Shown here: piece after piece, positions 1 to 10,173 of the stretch
Layout: each line of letters starts with the position of its first letter
How positions within the stretch are numbered: position 1 is the stretch's first letter
Origin: Macrostomum hystrix
Lineage: Eukaryota; Animalia; Platyhelminthes
Assembly: GCA_950097015.1 (NCBI GenBank)
Contig: CATNEN010000041.1
Coordinates: 2,976,001-3,040,000 of the forward strand
Reading direction: 5' to 3'
Length of the DNA: 64,000 nucleotides
Translations under genes and position numbers: made by a program
The notes under the pieces: generated by a model
Databases searched by the model: none
What the model saw: the letters and a program-made list of their open reading frames with translations, nothing else
Told to the model about the DNA's origin: nothing

Positions 1-364
1 AAGAAGGTGTAAGCCAGGCAGTGTGGTAGCATGTGAGTAGACTCAAGTACAGAGAAGTGCATCTGGGCTTCTCATCATCGTCATTGCTCTTCTATGCTGG
101 AGAGAAGAAATTAAAAAGTTTTACTTGCTTTCATAAGTGAATGAAGAGCAAGCAAAACCAGAGTGTTCCAGGCGGTGGCTGCCATTGTTCTGCTAGCAAG
201 CTCTGCACCGCTTCCTCCACTTTTGCTTTCACATCGCATCCAGCCAGCTTCTTCTCGCGTGCTCCTCTGGGGCGCGGCTGTGCAAAGCTTTGTAGAAACG
301 GCTTTGCAGCAGACTCAGTAGGCAACATCCGAGACTGATTAATAAAACTACTGATTTATGCTGT

Positions 365-374
365 GTGACGTCAC
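365..374. promoter_or_regulatory. CRE/ATF-like palindrome (GTGACGTCAC) upstream of the GLUT gene
   Basis: Perfect 10-bp palindrome containing TGACGTCA, about 340 bp upstream of the ATG at 717. Function is not shown by the sequence. Confidence 0.25.
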
Positions 375-716
375 GCGTGCTGCCAAGACTCAAGGCGAAC
401 AGGCGCAGCAACACCGGAAGAACTGCTCGGAAGGAGAAATGAGGACAGGCAGAGAGACAGCTAAGACAGGAAGGTGGGAGGTAGAAGGGGTGTCCCGGGG
501 CTGGCTGCAAACTGTGGGCGGGCGCGGAGGGGGTGGGGCGGGCGGTGGGGCGGCTGCAAGCGCACTTGGGGGGGGGCGAAGCAATAAAAGCTGAGACCGA
601 GAGAGACATCTGAGTCAGAAGGCTGGGCAGGAGAAAAGACAGAGAAGAAACAGCAGCCTTCTGTCCTGGTCCTCAGTCTGCTGTCTTTTTTCCCGACTGC
701 CCAGAACTCGCAGCTG

Positions 717-3358
717 ATGGAGAACGAGCTATCAGAGCAGAAGCTCCTTCCGGACTCCCAGGCGGCTCCGGCTACCGCGGGCGCCGCCGAAGTCAGCGAA
801 GCTTCTGAGCATCGGGACCGAGTCACGTGCCGGCTGGCGCTCGCCGTGCTGGCCGCGTTCTGGGGCGCAGCGCACTTCGGCTGGAACACCGGGGTCATCA
901 ACAACCCCAAGGCCGGCATCGTCGGCTTCCTCAACCAGTCGGTGGCTGACCGATTCGACAGGCAGCTCAGCGACTACCAGCTCGAGCTGCTCTGGTCCCT
1001 GGTGGTGTCCATCTTTGCCATCGGCGGCATGGCCGGTGCCCTGACTGGCGGCTGCCTTGCTGACAGGTGAGTCCGAATTGAGAGCCTCTGTTGAGTTCCA
1101 GTTGGTATGAGTCCCTACTGAGTCCGGGTTGAGTCCCTACTGAGTCCATGTTGAGTCCCTACTGAGTCCGGGTTGAGTCCCTACTGAGTCCGGGTTGAGT
1201 CCCTACTGAGTCCGGGTTGAGTCCCTACTGAGTCCATGTTGAGTCCCTACTGAGTCCATGTTGAGTCCCTACTGAGTCCGGGTTGAGTCCCTACTGAGTC
1301 CGGGTTGAGTCCCTACTGAGTCCGGGTTGAGTCCCTACTGAGTCCATGTTGAGTCCCTACTGAGTCCACGTTGAGTCACTTCTGAGTCCGGGTTGAGTCC
1401 ACACTGAGTCCATGTTGAGAGCCTCTACTGAGTAAGGATTGAGAGCCCCTACTAGGTTGAGAGCTGAAAGTGCGGGCAGATAGTTCCTACTGTGTCCAGG
1501 CTGTTTTGCAGCTGCTGCTGAGCACAGAAAACGGCCAATCTAAGGGCGAAAAAAATTAAATTTCAGTAAAAAAGACAGTAATTTTCTCATGAGACCATGC
1601 CAGACCTCTATTGTGCTCTGAATGTGCGCTCGGTTGCACACTTAAAGTACATCGGTGCGGGGAGGGACCGGCAAGTTCTCATTTCGAGCGTGCTATTTTT
1701 GGGAGCAGAGGGACGAGTGAAGGAGAGCAGATGAAGCAGCGGGGTGCTGGGGTTGTGAGTCCCCTCACTGAGCCAGAAATGAGTACGGCCGGCCAGCCAG
1801 ATAGCAGCCGCTACTCAGAATGGAGGCCGGTCAAAGTCTGGCCTGGGTTGTGGCGCGAGGCCCGCCACTCGGCCTACGCATGAAGAGATAGGCTGCAGCT
1901 GATTGAGTGTGCCGCTATCAGCCGGGTGTGACAGCACCGTGACTTGCTACAGTTGTGTCTGGCTCACTTGTTGACATTTGGCATACTAAATCTGGCCTGC
2001 AGATGCTCCTATTCGCTACAAAATCAGTTGAAAACTTTTGTTTATTTACTGGCAGAAATCCGCCAGGTTCATCCCACGCCCCCCACACGCTGCTCTGCCG
2101 CCCCCGCAGGCTTGGCCGGTCCCGCGCGATGCTGTGCAACAGCGGCTTCGGCTTCGCCGCCGCGCTGGCCTGCAGCCTCTCCTGCGTGGCCTCCAGCCCG
2201 GAGCTGCTGTTGCTGGGCCGCCTGGCCACCGGCTTCTGCAGCGCAGTGTACACCAGCGTGGTGCCACTGTACATCTCAGAGACGGCGCCTCGGCGTCTCC
2301 GCGGCGGCTTCGGGGTGCTCAACCAGCTGGGCGTGGTGACCGGCCTGCTGCTGTCCCAGGTGGCGAGCACCGACTCACTGCTGGGCGGGCCGAGAATCTG
2401 GCCGCTGCTTTTTGCCCTCTCAGCGGCGCCCTGCCTCCTGCAGCTGGCGCTGCTGCCGTTCTGCCCGGAGACGCCGCGCCACCTGCTGCTCACGCGGCGC
2501 TCCGAGCTGGCAGCCCGCGCCGCGCTGGCGACCCTGCGAGGCCACGACCGCATTGACGCGGAGCTCGCCGAGATCGCCGCCGAGCGAATCGCCGCCAGTT
2601 CATCAGCGGCCTCTCCGACGACCGGCGCGTCAACAACAGCGAAGCTGTGCGCCAAGGCGGAGTTGCGCCGGCCGCTGCTCATCGGGCTGGTGCTGCACCT
2701 GTCCCAGCAGCTGTCTGGCATCAATGTCATCTTCTACTACTCCAGCGACCTCTTCATCGGCGCTGGCGCCAGTCCGCAGGCGTCAAAGTTTGCCACGGTG
2801 GCCGTCGGCTGCGTGATGGTTGCGATGACGGGCGTGACGGTGCCGCTGATGGACCGGGTGGGCCGCCGCTGCCTTCACCTCACGGGCCTGTTGGGAGTCC
2901 TGCTGTGCTCCGTGGGCTTCACCGTCTGCTTCAGCCTGCACAGCCGCCTGGGAGCCGCGGCGCCGACCGGGGCCCTGACCTACGCGAGCATCGGCTTCGC
3001 GCTGCTCATCGTGCTGTTCTTTGCGCTCGGCCCCGGCTCCATCCCGTGGCTGATGCTGTCCGAGATGTTCCAGCAGGAGTCCCGCTCGGCGGCGAACGCC
3101 GTGGGAGTCCTGGTCAACTGGCTGGCCAACTTCAGCGTGGGCCTGATCTTCCCGGTGCTGGTGCAGCACCTGGGCAGCATGCTGTTCGTGCCCTTCTCCG
3201 CCCTGACCGCTGCCTTCCTGCTGTTCCTGTTCTGCTGCATGCCGGAGACCAAGGGTCGCTCCATCGAGGCCATCGCAGCCGGATTTCGCAGCGGCGGCAG
3301 CGGAGCCGGCGGTCTGAGGTGGCGCCCAGCCAAGACCGCTGAATCCGCGCCTGCCTGA
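717..3358 (+). CDS. Facilitated glucose/sugar transporter, class I GLUT (SLC2A family), 2 exons, 532 aa
   Basis: Exons 717-1066 (GACAG|gtgagt) and 2110-3358 (ccgcag|G); the phase-2 junction rebuilds DRLGR. Motifs GWNTGVIN, YISETAP, PETPR, QQLSGINVIFYYS, DRVGRR, GPGSIPW, PETKG. Confidence 0.95.
1090..1450. repeat. 22-bp intronic minisatellite (TTGAGTCCCTACTGAGTCCRKG)
   Basis: Roughly 13-15 tandem units directly downstream of the GLUT 5' splice site. Confidence 0.95.
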
Positions 3359-3961
3359 ACTCCCAGCTGCCAGTGCACTTTGAATTAAGTTTGCATTCGT
3401 GCATCGTAACTTAGCGAAATTCCATATTTAATTACAATTCAAATCTGCTAAACAAGAAATTGCGCTTTAAATTGAGTCCTGCGGCAGCATCTGAAGTGTT
3501 GAGAAAATGCGCGTCAAGCGACCACCGCAACTTGCTAGAAATAAACAGGCAATAAATTTAATATTGATTCTTAAACATAGATGTAAACAAGAAGGAACAC
3601 CTGCACTTATTTTCGTCTTGGTCTCTCGCTGTGCGCTGCTCCGTGCACTGCTCCGTGCGCTGCCCCCCCTCCGCAGGCTTCCTCTCGCCCTCCGGCCAGT
3701 TCAGGCCAGCTCCCGGCCAGCCACATCGCTTTAAATGCCTTCCCCGCCCAGGCCGGGCTGAGGAGAGCGCCGGAGTACTCGCTGCTCGGAGAGAGGCCGC
3801 CCGCTCCGCCTCTGATTGCCACCTCTTCCCAGCTGGTTCAGCTGCCAGTCCGGAGAAAACCGGAGGAGAAGCCCTGGGGCTTTAAATTGAGCACAGTGCT
3901 CCGCACCTCAGACCGAACTCAGAGCAAATCTGCGAGACCCAGCTCCATCCGATTCTCAGCA

Positions 3962-4714
3962 ATGTCTGCCGACCCGTGCGAGCAGCCGCTGAGCGGCATC
4001 AGCTGCGTGCTGTTCGACAAGGACGGCACCGTCGTCTGTTTCCACACCATGTGGTCGCCCTGGGCCGAGGAGGTCGCCACCGAGGTGGCTCGCCAGCTGC
4101 AGCGGCCCGAACTGCGGCTGGCCGTCCTGCGCCGTCTGGGCGTCGATCCGGACACCCTGCGCGCCGGGTCCGGCCTCCTGGCCGAGGGCACCAAGAAGGA
4201 CATTTCCGAGGCGCTCATCAAACTCGCTGTGGACAGCGGCGTCAGCGCCGAGCTGGCTGAGGCCACCGTTCATCGCGTCACCTTCGGCTGCAAACTCGAC
4301 AGCGGCCGCCTGAGCTTCATCGACGGCACCCGGGAGACCTTCGAGCGCCTGACTGCCGCCGGCCTCCGCATCGGCATCTGCACCTCCGACGACCGCGCCG
4401 AGACCGAGGCGGCGCTGCGCCGCGGCGGCCTCCAGCTGCTCGTGGGTGCCGCCGCCTGCGGCGACGATCCCGACATCCGTGCGAAGCCGGACGCCAGCGC
4501 GGCGCTCGCCGTCTGCGCCCGACTCGGCGCAGCCCCCGCTCGCGCGGTGATGGTGGGTGACACGGTCACCGACATGCGGCTTGGGCGCAACGCCGGGCTC
4601 GCCGCCTGCGTTGGCGTCCTCAGCGGAGTTGGTACGGCGGAGCTGCTGCGGGAGGCCGGAGCCACGCACATCGTCGGCTCTCTGGTCGAAGTTCCCCGCC
4701 TGCTCGGCCTCTGA
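3962..4714 (+). CDS. HAD-superfamily phosphatase (phosphoglycolate-phosphatase-like), intronless, 250 aa
   Basis: Motif I FDKDGT, motif II ICTSDD, motif III AKPD, motif IV MVGDTVTDM. ATG at 3962 follows an acceptor-like ttctcag. Confidence 0.92.
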   Translation: MSADPCEQPLSGISCVLFDKDGTVVCFHTMWSPWAEEVATEVARQLQRPELRLAVLRRLGVDPDTLRAGSGLLAEGTKKDISEALIKLAVDSGVSAELAEATVHRVTFGCKLDSGRLSFIDGTRETFERLTAAGLRIGICTSDDRAETEAALRRGGLQLLVGAAACGDDPDIRAKPDASAALAVCARLGAAPARAVMVGDTVTDMRLGRNAGLAACVGVLSGVGTAELLREAGATHIVGSLVEVPRLLGL

Positions 4715-4911
4715 GGTCTTTGAAGAATGGAAGAATGCTTCCGCATGTGTGAGACTTCTCACTGCACGCCCTTATCGAACTTGTTAGTACACAGCAGGTC
4801 ATTGGGATTAGCTAGCTGCGTCCTTACTTAGCACAACCTCTATTTTGTAATAAATATTTTTGTGTTTTAGACTGGCCTGATTTGCTCTCAGCTTTTACTT
4901 GCTTGTACTTC

Positions 4912-5138
4912 AGTAGATCCCTCGCACAGGTTGTAATGATTTTGCTCATCGGTAATTTAGTAGATCCCTCGCACGGCTTGTAATGATTTTGCTCATCGGT
5001 ACTTTAGTAGATCACTCGCACAGGTTGTAATGATTTTGCTCATCGGTACTTTAGTAGATCACTCGCACAGGTTGTAATGATTTTGCTCATCGGTACTTTA
5101 GTAGATCACTCGCACAGGTTGTAATGATTTTGCTCATT
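4912..5138. repeat. 47-bp tandem repeat, about 5 copies
   Basis: Unit TAGTAGATC(C/A)CTCGCACAGGTTGTAATGATTTTGCTCATCGGTACTT. Confidence 0.9.
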
Positions 5139-5494
5139 ATCTGTTTAGTCACATCTTTTAATCGTTTTTTCTTCGTTTTGTTTCAGTAATCTTAGTTTTA
5201 AAAACTGCAATTGATTCTATCTATGAGCTACTTACAGTAGAATGTTTTGCTTCCTAGAATATGTTTTATTAAATATATCCTTCCATATATTCAATAAATT
5301 TTCTTCTGGCAAAAAATATATCTATAAAATTCTTTTTTATGAAAAAGCATTAGCGACTGTTTTCGATTGCGAATTTCACAGATTGGCATTCCAGGAAAAT
5401 TCCTAGCTTAAAACTGCGGTTCCCGAAAATACGCTCGTAAATGCCAAAAACTGTTTGCTGACTTTATTGCGTAGTTTTGAATGAATTTCAGCCT

Positions 5495-6551
5495 CTATTT
5501 AGCTGCATTGTGCTGAAGGGAGGAGGTGTGCGATAGCTCGATAGCTGGATGGATAGCTGGCTAGATAGCTGGATGGATAGCTGGATGGATAGCTGGATGG
5601 ATAGCTGGATGGATAGCTGGATGGATAGCTGGAATTTATTGCAGGATGGATAGCTGGCTAGATAGCTGGATGGATAGCCGGATGGATAGCTGGATGAATA
5701 GCTGGATGGATAAGTGGATGGATAGCTGGAATTTATTGCAGGATGGATAGCTGGATGGATAGCTGGATGAATAGCTAGATGGATAAGTGGATGGATAGCT
5801 GGATGGATAAGTGGATGTATAGCTGGATAGATAGCTGGATGGATAGCGGGATGGATAGCTGGATAGATAGCTAGATGGATAGCTGGATAGAAAGCTGGAT
5901 GGATAGCTGGATGGATAGCTGGATAGATAGCTGGATGGATAGCTGGATGGATAGCTGGATAGATAGCTAGATGGATAGCTGGATGGATAGCTGGATGGAT
6001 AGCTGGATAGATAGCTAGATGGATAGCTGGATAGAAAGCTGGATGGATAGCTGGATGGATAGCTGGATAGATAGCTGGATGGATAGCTGGATAGATAGCT
6101 GGATGGATAGCTGGATAGATAGCTGGATGGATAGCTGGATAGATAGCTGGATGGATAGCTGGATAGATAGCTGGATGGATAGCTGGATAGATAGCTTAAA
6201 CAATAGCGGAATGGATAGTAGGGTGAATAGCTGGGTGCATTGCTGGATGTGTCGAGTTCTCACCAGAGCCAACCGGACTCCCTGCAGTGCTGACCGGCTG
6301 TCGCCGTCTCGCTCCTGCAGGCTGTCCACCTGAACGCGACGCTCGCAGTGCCTTCGTTCCAGAGCATCCAGAAAGCTGCGCCAATAACCGTCATTGTCGC
6401 CAGCCGCTGAAGAGGTCGACATCTCAATGCGGTTGCAAGCGCTGTAGCTGGACTCCACAGTGCGCAGGCTGCGAGTCTCTGTGCAGCTGCTGAACTCGGA
6501 GATCGCGACTGTGCTCCTCTGGCTGACAGACGTGGTGGCAGCTGGCTTCAT
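5495..6551 (-). CDS. Putative small orphan protein (about 101 aa), 2 exons; may have further upstream exons
   Basis: Exon 6551-6264 ends CTG|gtgaga. Terminal exon 5512-5495 follows ctcccttcag and encodes HNAAK*; phase 0 matches. AATAAA lies about 30 bp downstream. No recognisable domain. Confidence 0.5.
5530..6195. repeat. 12-bp minisatellite (GGATAGCTGGAT/AGAT)
   Basis: About 50 units filling the intron of the putative minus-strand gene. Confidence 0.95.
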
Positions 6552-7547
6552 TCTGCGAGTAGGCCAAATTCGGCAGCGCTGAAACTAGGCGAATCCCCTC
6601 GGAGTGCCAAGCGGCATTTTCGGCGCAACAGCTAGTAGTGCGGGCCGCGAACGGCTCTGCGGATGCTTTTCATGGGAGCGGGAGCGGCTGTACATGCTTT
6701 CGCACCTGGCGCCATCGCATCCCGCCTTCATCTTCCCGGCCTGCCCAAATTTCTGCCCCCCACCTGTCTGTTCCTCTACTTCTTCATCTCCCACGCCTCC
6801 GCGGCGTCGCTTCGCAACGCCCCCTGCATCGAATTTCCAAGCCGTGCGGAGGCGTAGAAAGTTGTGCGTTATGCCACCGCACTTCATCGGTCGGGGCCGT
6901 TGCGCCTTGGCATGCTACAGGCCTCTGCAACAACGGCCAGGCCGAGCGCATTGCGGGTGAGAGGCCTAGTTGCCCCTGCTGAATTTGCTATTGCTGCCTG
7001 GCTTTATCTGAGCGATGCAGGAAGAACTGCAGTGTCACGTCAGAGAGTCGAAACAGAGAATGAGCTCGATTGCCCAGGAAAAGCTCAATTCTTTACTTAG
7101 TGAGCTTCATTAAATACGAGTTTCAGGGCTCAGCTGAAGCAATTTTGCAGAAAAGTATTCTGCGGTCCAGAATTCTGAGAAACAGATAAAGCGGGAAAAT
7201 TGAGAGGCATCTGCGGATCTGAGAAAACTGCAGGCTGATTCAACAGAATGTATCGGAATTCGGCAGCATCGCTAATTGCCAATCAATTAGAAGCAGCGGG
7301 AGTCCAGACTGTTGCGCAAAAGTCTTTGTCAGCAAAATTCTTCAGCAAACAAATATTTTTTTTCAAATTCTCTGAAAAGCATTTCTTCTGGATCGTCAGA
7401 GCATGCGGCAGTTACATTTGGAGGGAAGCACTCAGGCACACCTGTCAGCTGTTCAATGCAGTTCAATCAGTATAAAGCCACATGCCTTAGGTGGCAAGTG
7501 TTAAGTTACTCAGCGCTTCCGCACTAATTGAGCTTGAAGTCGCAATC

Positions 7548-8897
7548 ATGAGCCTCAAGCTCTGCATCGGAGTTCTGCTGCTGGCAACAGCTAGCAACGG
7601 ACTCAAGCTGGCTAGACACGGCTACGGCTCTAGCGGCTACGGGTACGGATCTGGTGGCAACGGATCTGTTGGCAACGGATCTGTTGGCAACGGATCTGGT
7701 GGCTACGGATCTGGTGGCTACGGATCTGGTGGCTACGGATCTGGTGGCTACGGATCTGTTGGCTATGGATCTGGGGGTTACGGATCTGGTGGCTACGGAT
7801 CTGGTGGCTACGGATCTGGTGGCTATGGATCTGGAGGCTACGGAGGCGGCTACGGATCTGGTGGCTACGGAAGCGGCTACGGATCTGGTGGCTACGGATC
7901 TGGTGGCAACGGATCTGGTGGCAACGGATCTGGAGGCTACGGATCTGGTGGCTACGGATCTGGTGGCTACGGATCTGGAGGCTACGGAGGCGGCTACGGA
8001 TCTGGTGGCTACGGATCTGGTGGCTACGGATCTGGTGGCAACGGATCTGGTGGCAACGGATCTAGTGGCTACGGATCTGGTGGCTACGGAGGCGGCTACG
8101 GATCTGGTGGCTACGGAGGCGGCTACGGATCTGGTAACAACGGATCTGGTGGCAACGGATCTGGAGGCTACGGATCTGGTGGATACGGATCTGGTGGCTA
8201 CGGATCTGGAGGCTACGGAGGCGGCTACGGATCTGGTGGCTACGGAGGCGGCTACGGATCTGGTAACAACGGATCTGGTGGCAACGGATCTGGAGGCTAC
8301 GGATCTGGTGGCTACGGATCTGGTGGCTACGGATCTGGAGGCTACGGAGGCGGCTACGGATCTGGTGGCTACGGATCTGGTGGCTACGGATCTGGTAACA
8401 ACGGATCTGGTGGCTACGGATCTGGTGGCTACGGATCTGGTGGCTATGGATCTGGTGGCTACGGAGGCGGCTACGGATCTGGTGGCTACGGATCAGGTGG
8501 CTACGGAGGCGGCTACGGATCTGGTGGCTACGGAGGCGGCTATGGATCAGGTGGCTACGGAGGCGGCTACGGATCAGGCGGCTACGGAGGCGGCTACGGA
8601 TCTGGTGGCTACGGATCTGGTGGCTACGGATCTGGTGGCTCACATTATTCAACAAGCTACAATCCGCCAACAAGTTTCGTGTGGAGTCTGCCCTCCTGCT
8701 TCAGCTACTCCAGCAGCTATCCCAGTTATACCCCGAGTTATTCCAGCTATTTCCCGAGCTCCCCCAGCAGCTGTGGCAGCAGCTCTTCTATAAGTTACGT
8801 GTGGAACTTGCCATCTTGCGGGAGCTCCTATCATTCCAGCTACTACTCGAGCGGGCCGCGCACCAGCTTCGTGTGGAGCCTGCCGTCTTGCCGTTAG
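7548..8897 (+). CDS. Secreted Gly/Tyr/Ser-rich repeat structural protein, intronless, 449 aa
   Basis: Signal peptide MSLKLCIGVLLLATASNG, about 340 aa of GSGGY/GSGGN/GGGY repeats, and a Ser/Tyr-rich tail with three (S)[FY]VW[SN]LPSC motifs. Confidence 0.88.
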   Translation: MSLKLCIGVLLLATASNGLKLARHGYGSSGYGYGSGGNGSVGNGSVGNGSGGYGSGGYGSGGYGSGGYGSVGYGSGGYGSGGYGSGGYGSGGYGSGGYGGGYGSGGYGSGYGSGGYGSGGNGSGGNGSGGYGSGGYGSGGYGSGGYGGGYGSGGYGSGGYGSGGNGSGGNGSSGYGSGGYGGGYGSGGYGGGYGSGNNGSGGNGSGGYGSGGYGSGGYGSGGYGGGYGSGGYGGGYGSGNNGSGGNGSGGYGSGGYGSGGYGSGGYGGGYGSGGYGSGGYGSGNNGSGGYGSGGYGSGGYGSGGYGGGYGSGGYGSGGYGGGYGSGGYGGGYGSGGYGGGYGSGGYGGGYGSGGYGSGGYGSGGSHYSTSYNPPTSFVWSLPSCFSYSSSYPSYTPSYSSYFPSSPSSCGSSSSISYVWNLPSCGSSYHSSYYSSGPRTSFVWSLPSCR

Positions 8898-9593
8898 GAA
8901 GTGATTCGCAAGTAACTGGACAGCTGCCACCGCCCATTGATTCCGGCCCGCACCACTGCAAGCTGCAGCCTAGCTGTGAACGCTTTGCAGAGGTGATGGA
9001 ACCCGCTCTGATTAAGCACATTTAAATATACCATTAACTGAATTGCGGCCAAACTCGTCTCGCTCTCAGTCTTTTAGTGGACATTGCTTAGGGAACAATA
9101 GCATGGGGATCTCTGGAATCAGGGAAAACTGGACTGCCTGTGTCCTGCACAAGATTTCAGATTCCGAGCAACTGCCCAAAACTCCACAAGGCCTAGCATA
9201 GGACCAACACTAACTGAGATTCTATCTCGTATCTAAACTTTTGCTGCCTTTCGAGCAATAGCTCCGGCTTCTGCTTGGATTCCAGCTACTGCTTCCGCTT
9301 TGAATATGTGTATTTGTGACAGCAAAAAAGAATGGCGCTGTTGCATGGAATTGAACTTATAATTTTTCAGTTTCATGCATTTTTGGACTTGCACTGCAAG
9401 AGATTGATTACTTTGATTAAAAAATGTGCAAGTCTTAAATTTCCGCGGGTTCGCAGCTCAAATGAATTCAATGTTGAGTTGCATTACGAGTACTCGCAGG
9501 TTCGCAGCTCAAATGAATTCAATGTTAAGTTGCATTACTCGCAGCGTTGCATTGCTTGCAATTTCAAATTTATGGGGTCTTAACCGAATTATT

Positions 9594-10173
9594 CGCAGCC
9601 TGAGGATAATGAAAGGTCTGAGCACTTCAGCATCCGCAGCCTGAGGATAATGAAAGGTCTGAGCACTTCAGCATCCGCAGCCTGAGGATAATGAAAGGTC
9701 TGAGCACTTCAGCATCCGCAGCCTGAGGATAATGAACGGTCTGAGCACTTCAGCATCCGCAGCCTGAGGATAATGAAAGGTCTGAGCACTTCAGCATCCG
9801 CAGCCTGAGGATAATGAAAGGTCTGAGCACTTCAGCATCGCAGCCTGAGGATAATGAACGGTCTGAGCACTTCAGCATCCGCAGCCTGAGGATAATGAAC
9901 GGTCTGAGCACTTCAGCATCCGCAGCCTGAGGAAAATGAAAGGTCTGAGCACTTCAGCATCCGCAGCCTGAGGATAATGAAAGGTCTGAGCACTTCAGCA
10001 TCCGCAGCCTGAGGGTAATGAAAGGTCTGAGCACTTCAGCATCCGCAGCCTGAGGATAATGAAAGGTCTGAGCACTTCAGCATCCGCAGCCTGAGGACAA
10101 TCAAAGGTCTGAGCACTTCAGCATCCGCAGCCTGAGGACAATCAAAGGTCTGAGCACTTCAGCATCCGCAGCC
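9594..10173. repeat. 41-bp tandem repeat containing the last codons and stop of the Rab-like gene
   Basis: About 14 units of CGCAGCCTGAGGATAATGAAAGGTCTGAGCACTTCAGCATC. The minus strand reads GGC TGC GGA TGC TGA in each unit. Confidence 0.95.

Noticed and set aside
1-328. Possible minus-strand gene starting at 328
   Set aside because: The 65-aa ORF and splice-like sites could not be joined into a convincing frame, and the window edge truncates the evidence.
1918-4762. Antisense and alternate-frame ORFs over the GLUT and HAD genes (likewise over the decarboxylase, ENaC, kinase and transposons)
   Set aside because: Expected by-products of GC3-rich coding sequence; no motifs.
7654-8793. 379-aa ATDLV-repeat ORF and antisense IRSHQ ORF
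   Set aside because: Shadow frames of the 15-bp coding repeat; only the Gly-rich frame has a signal peptide and a unique tail.
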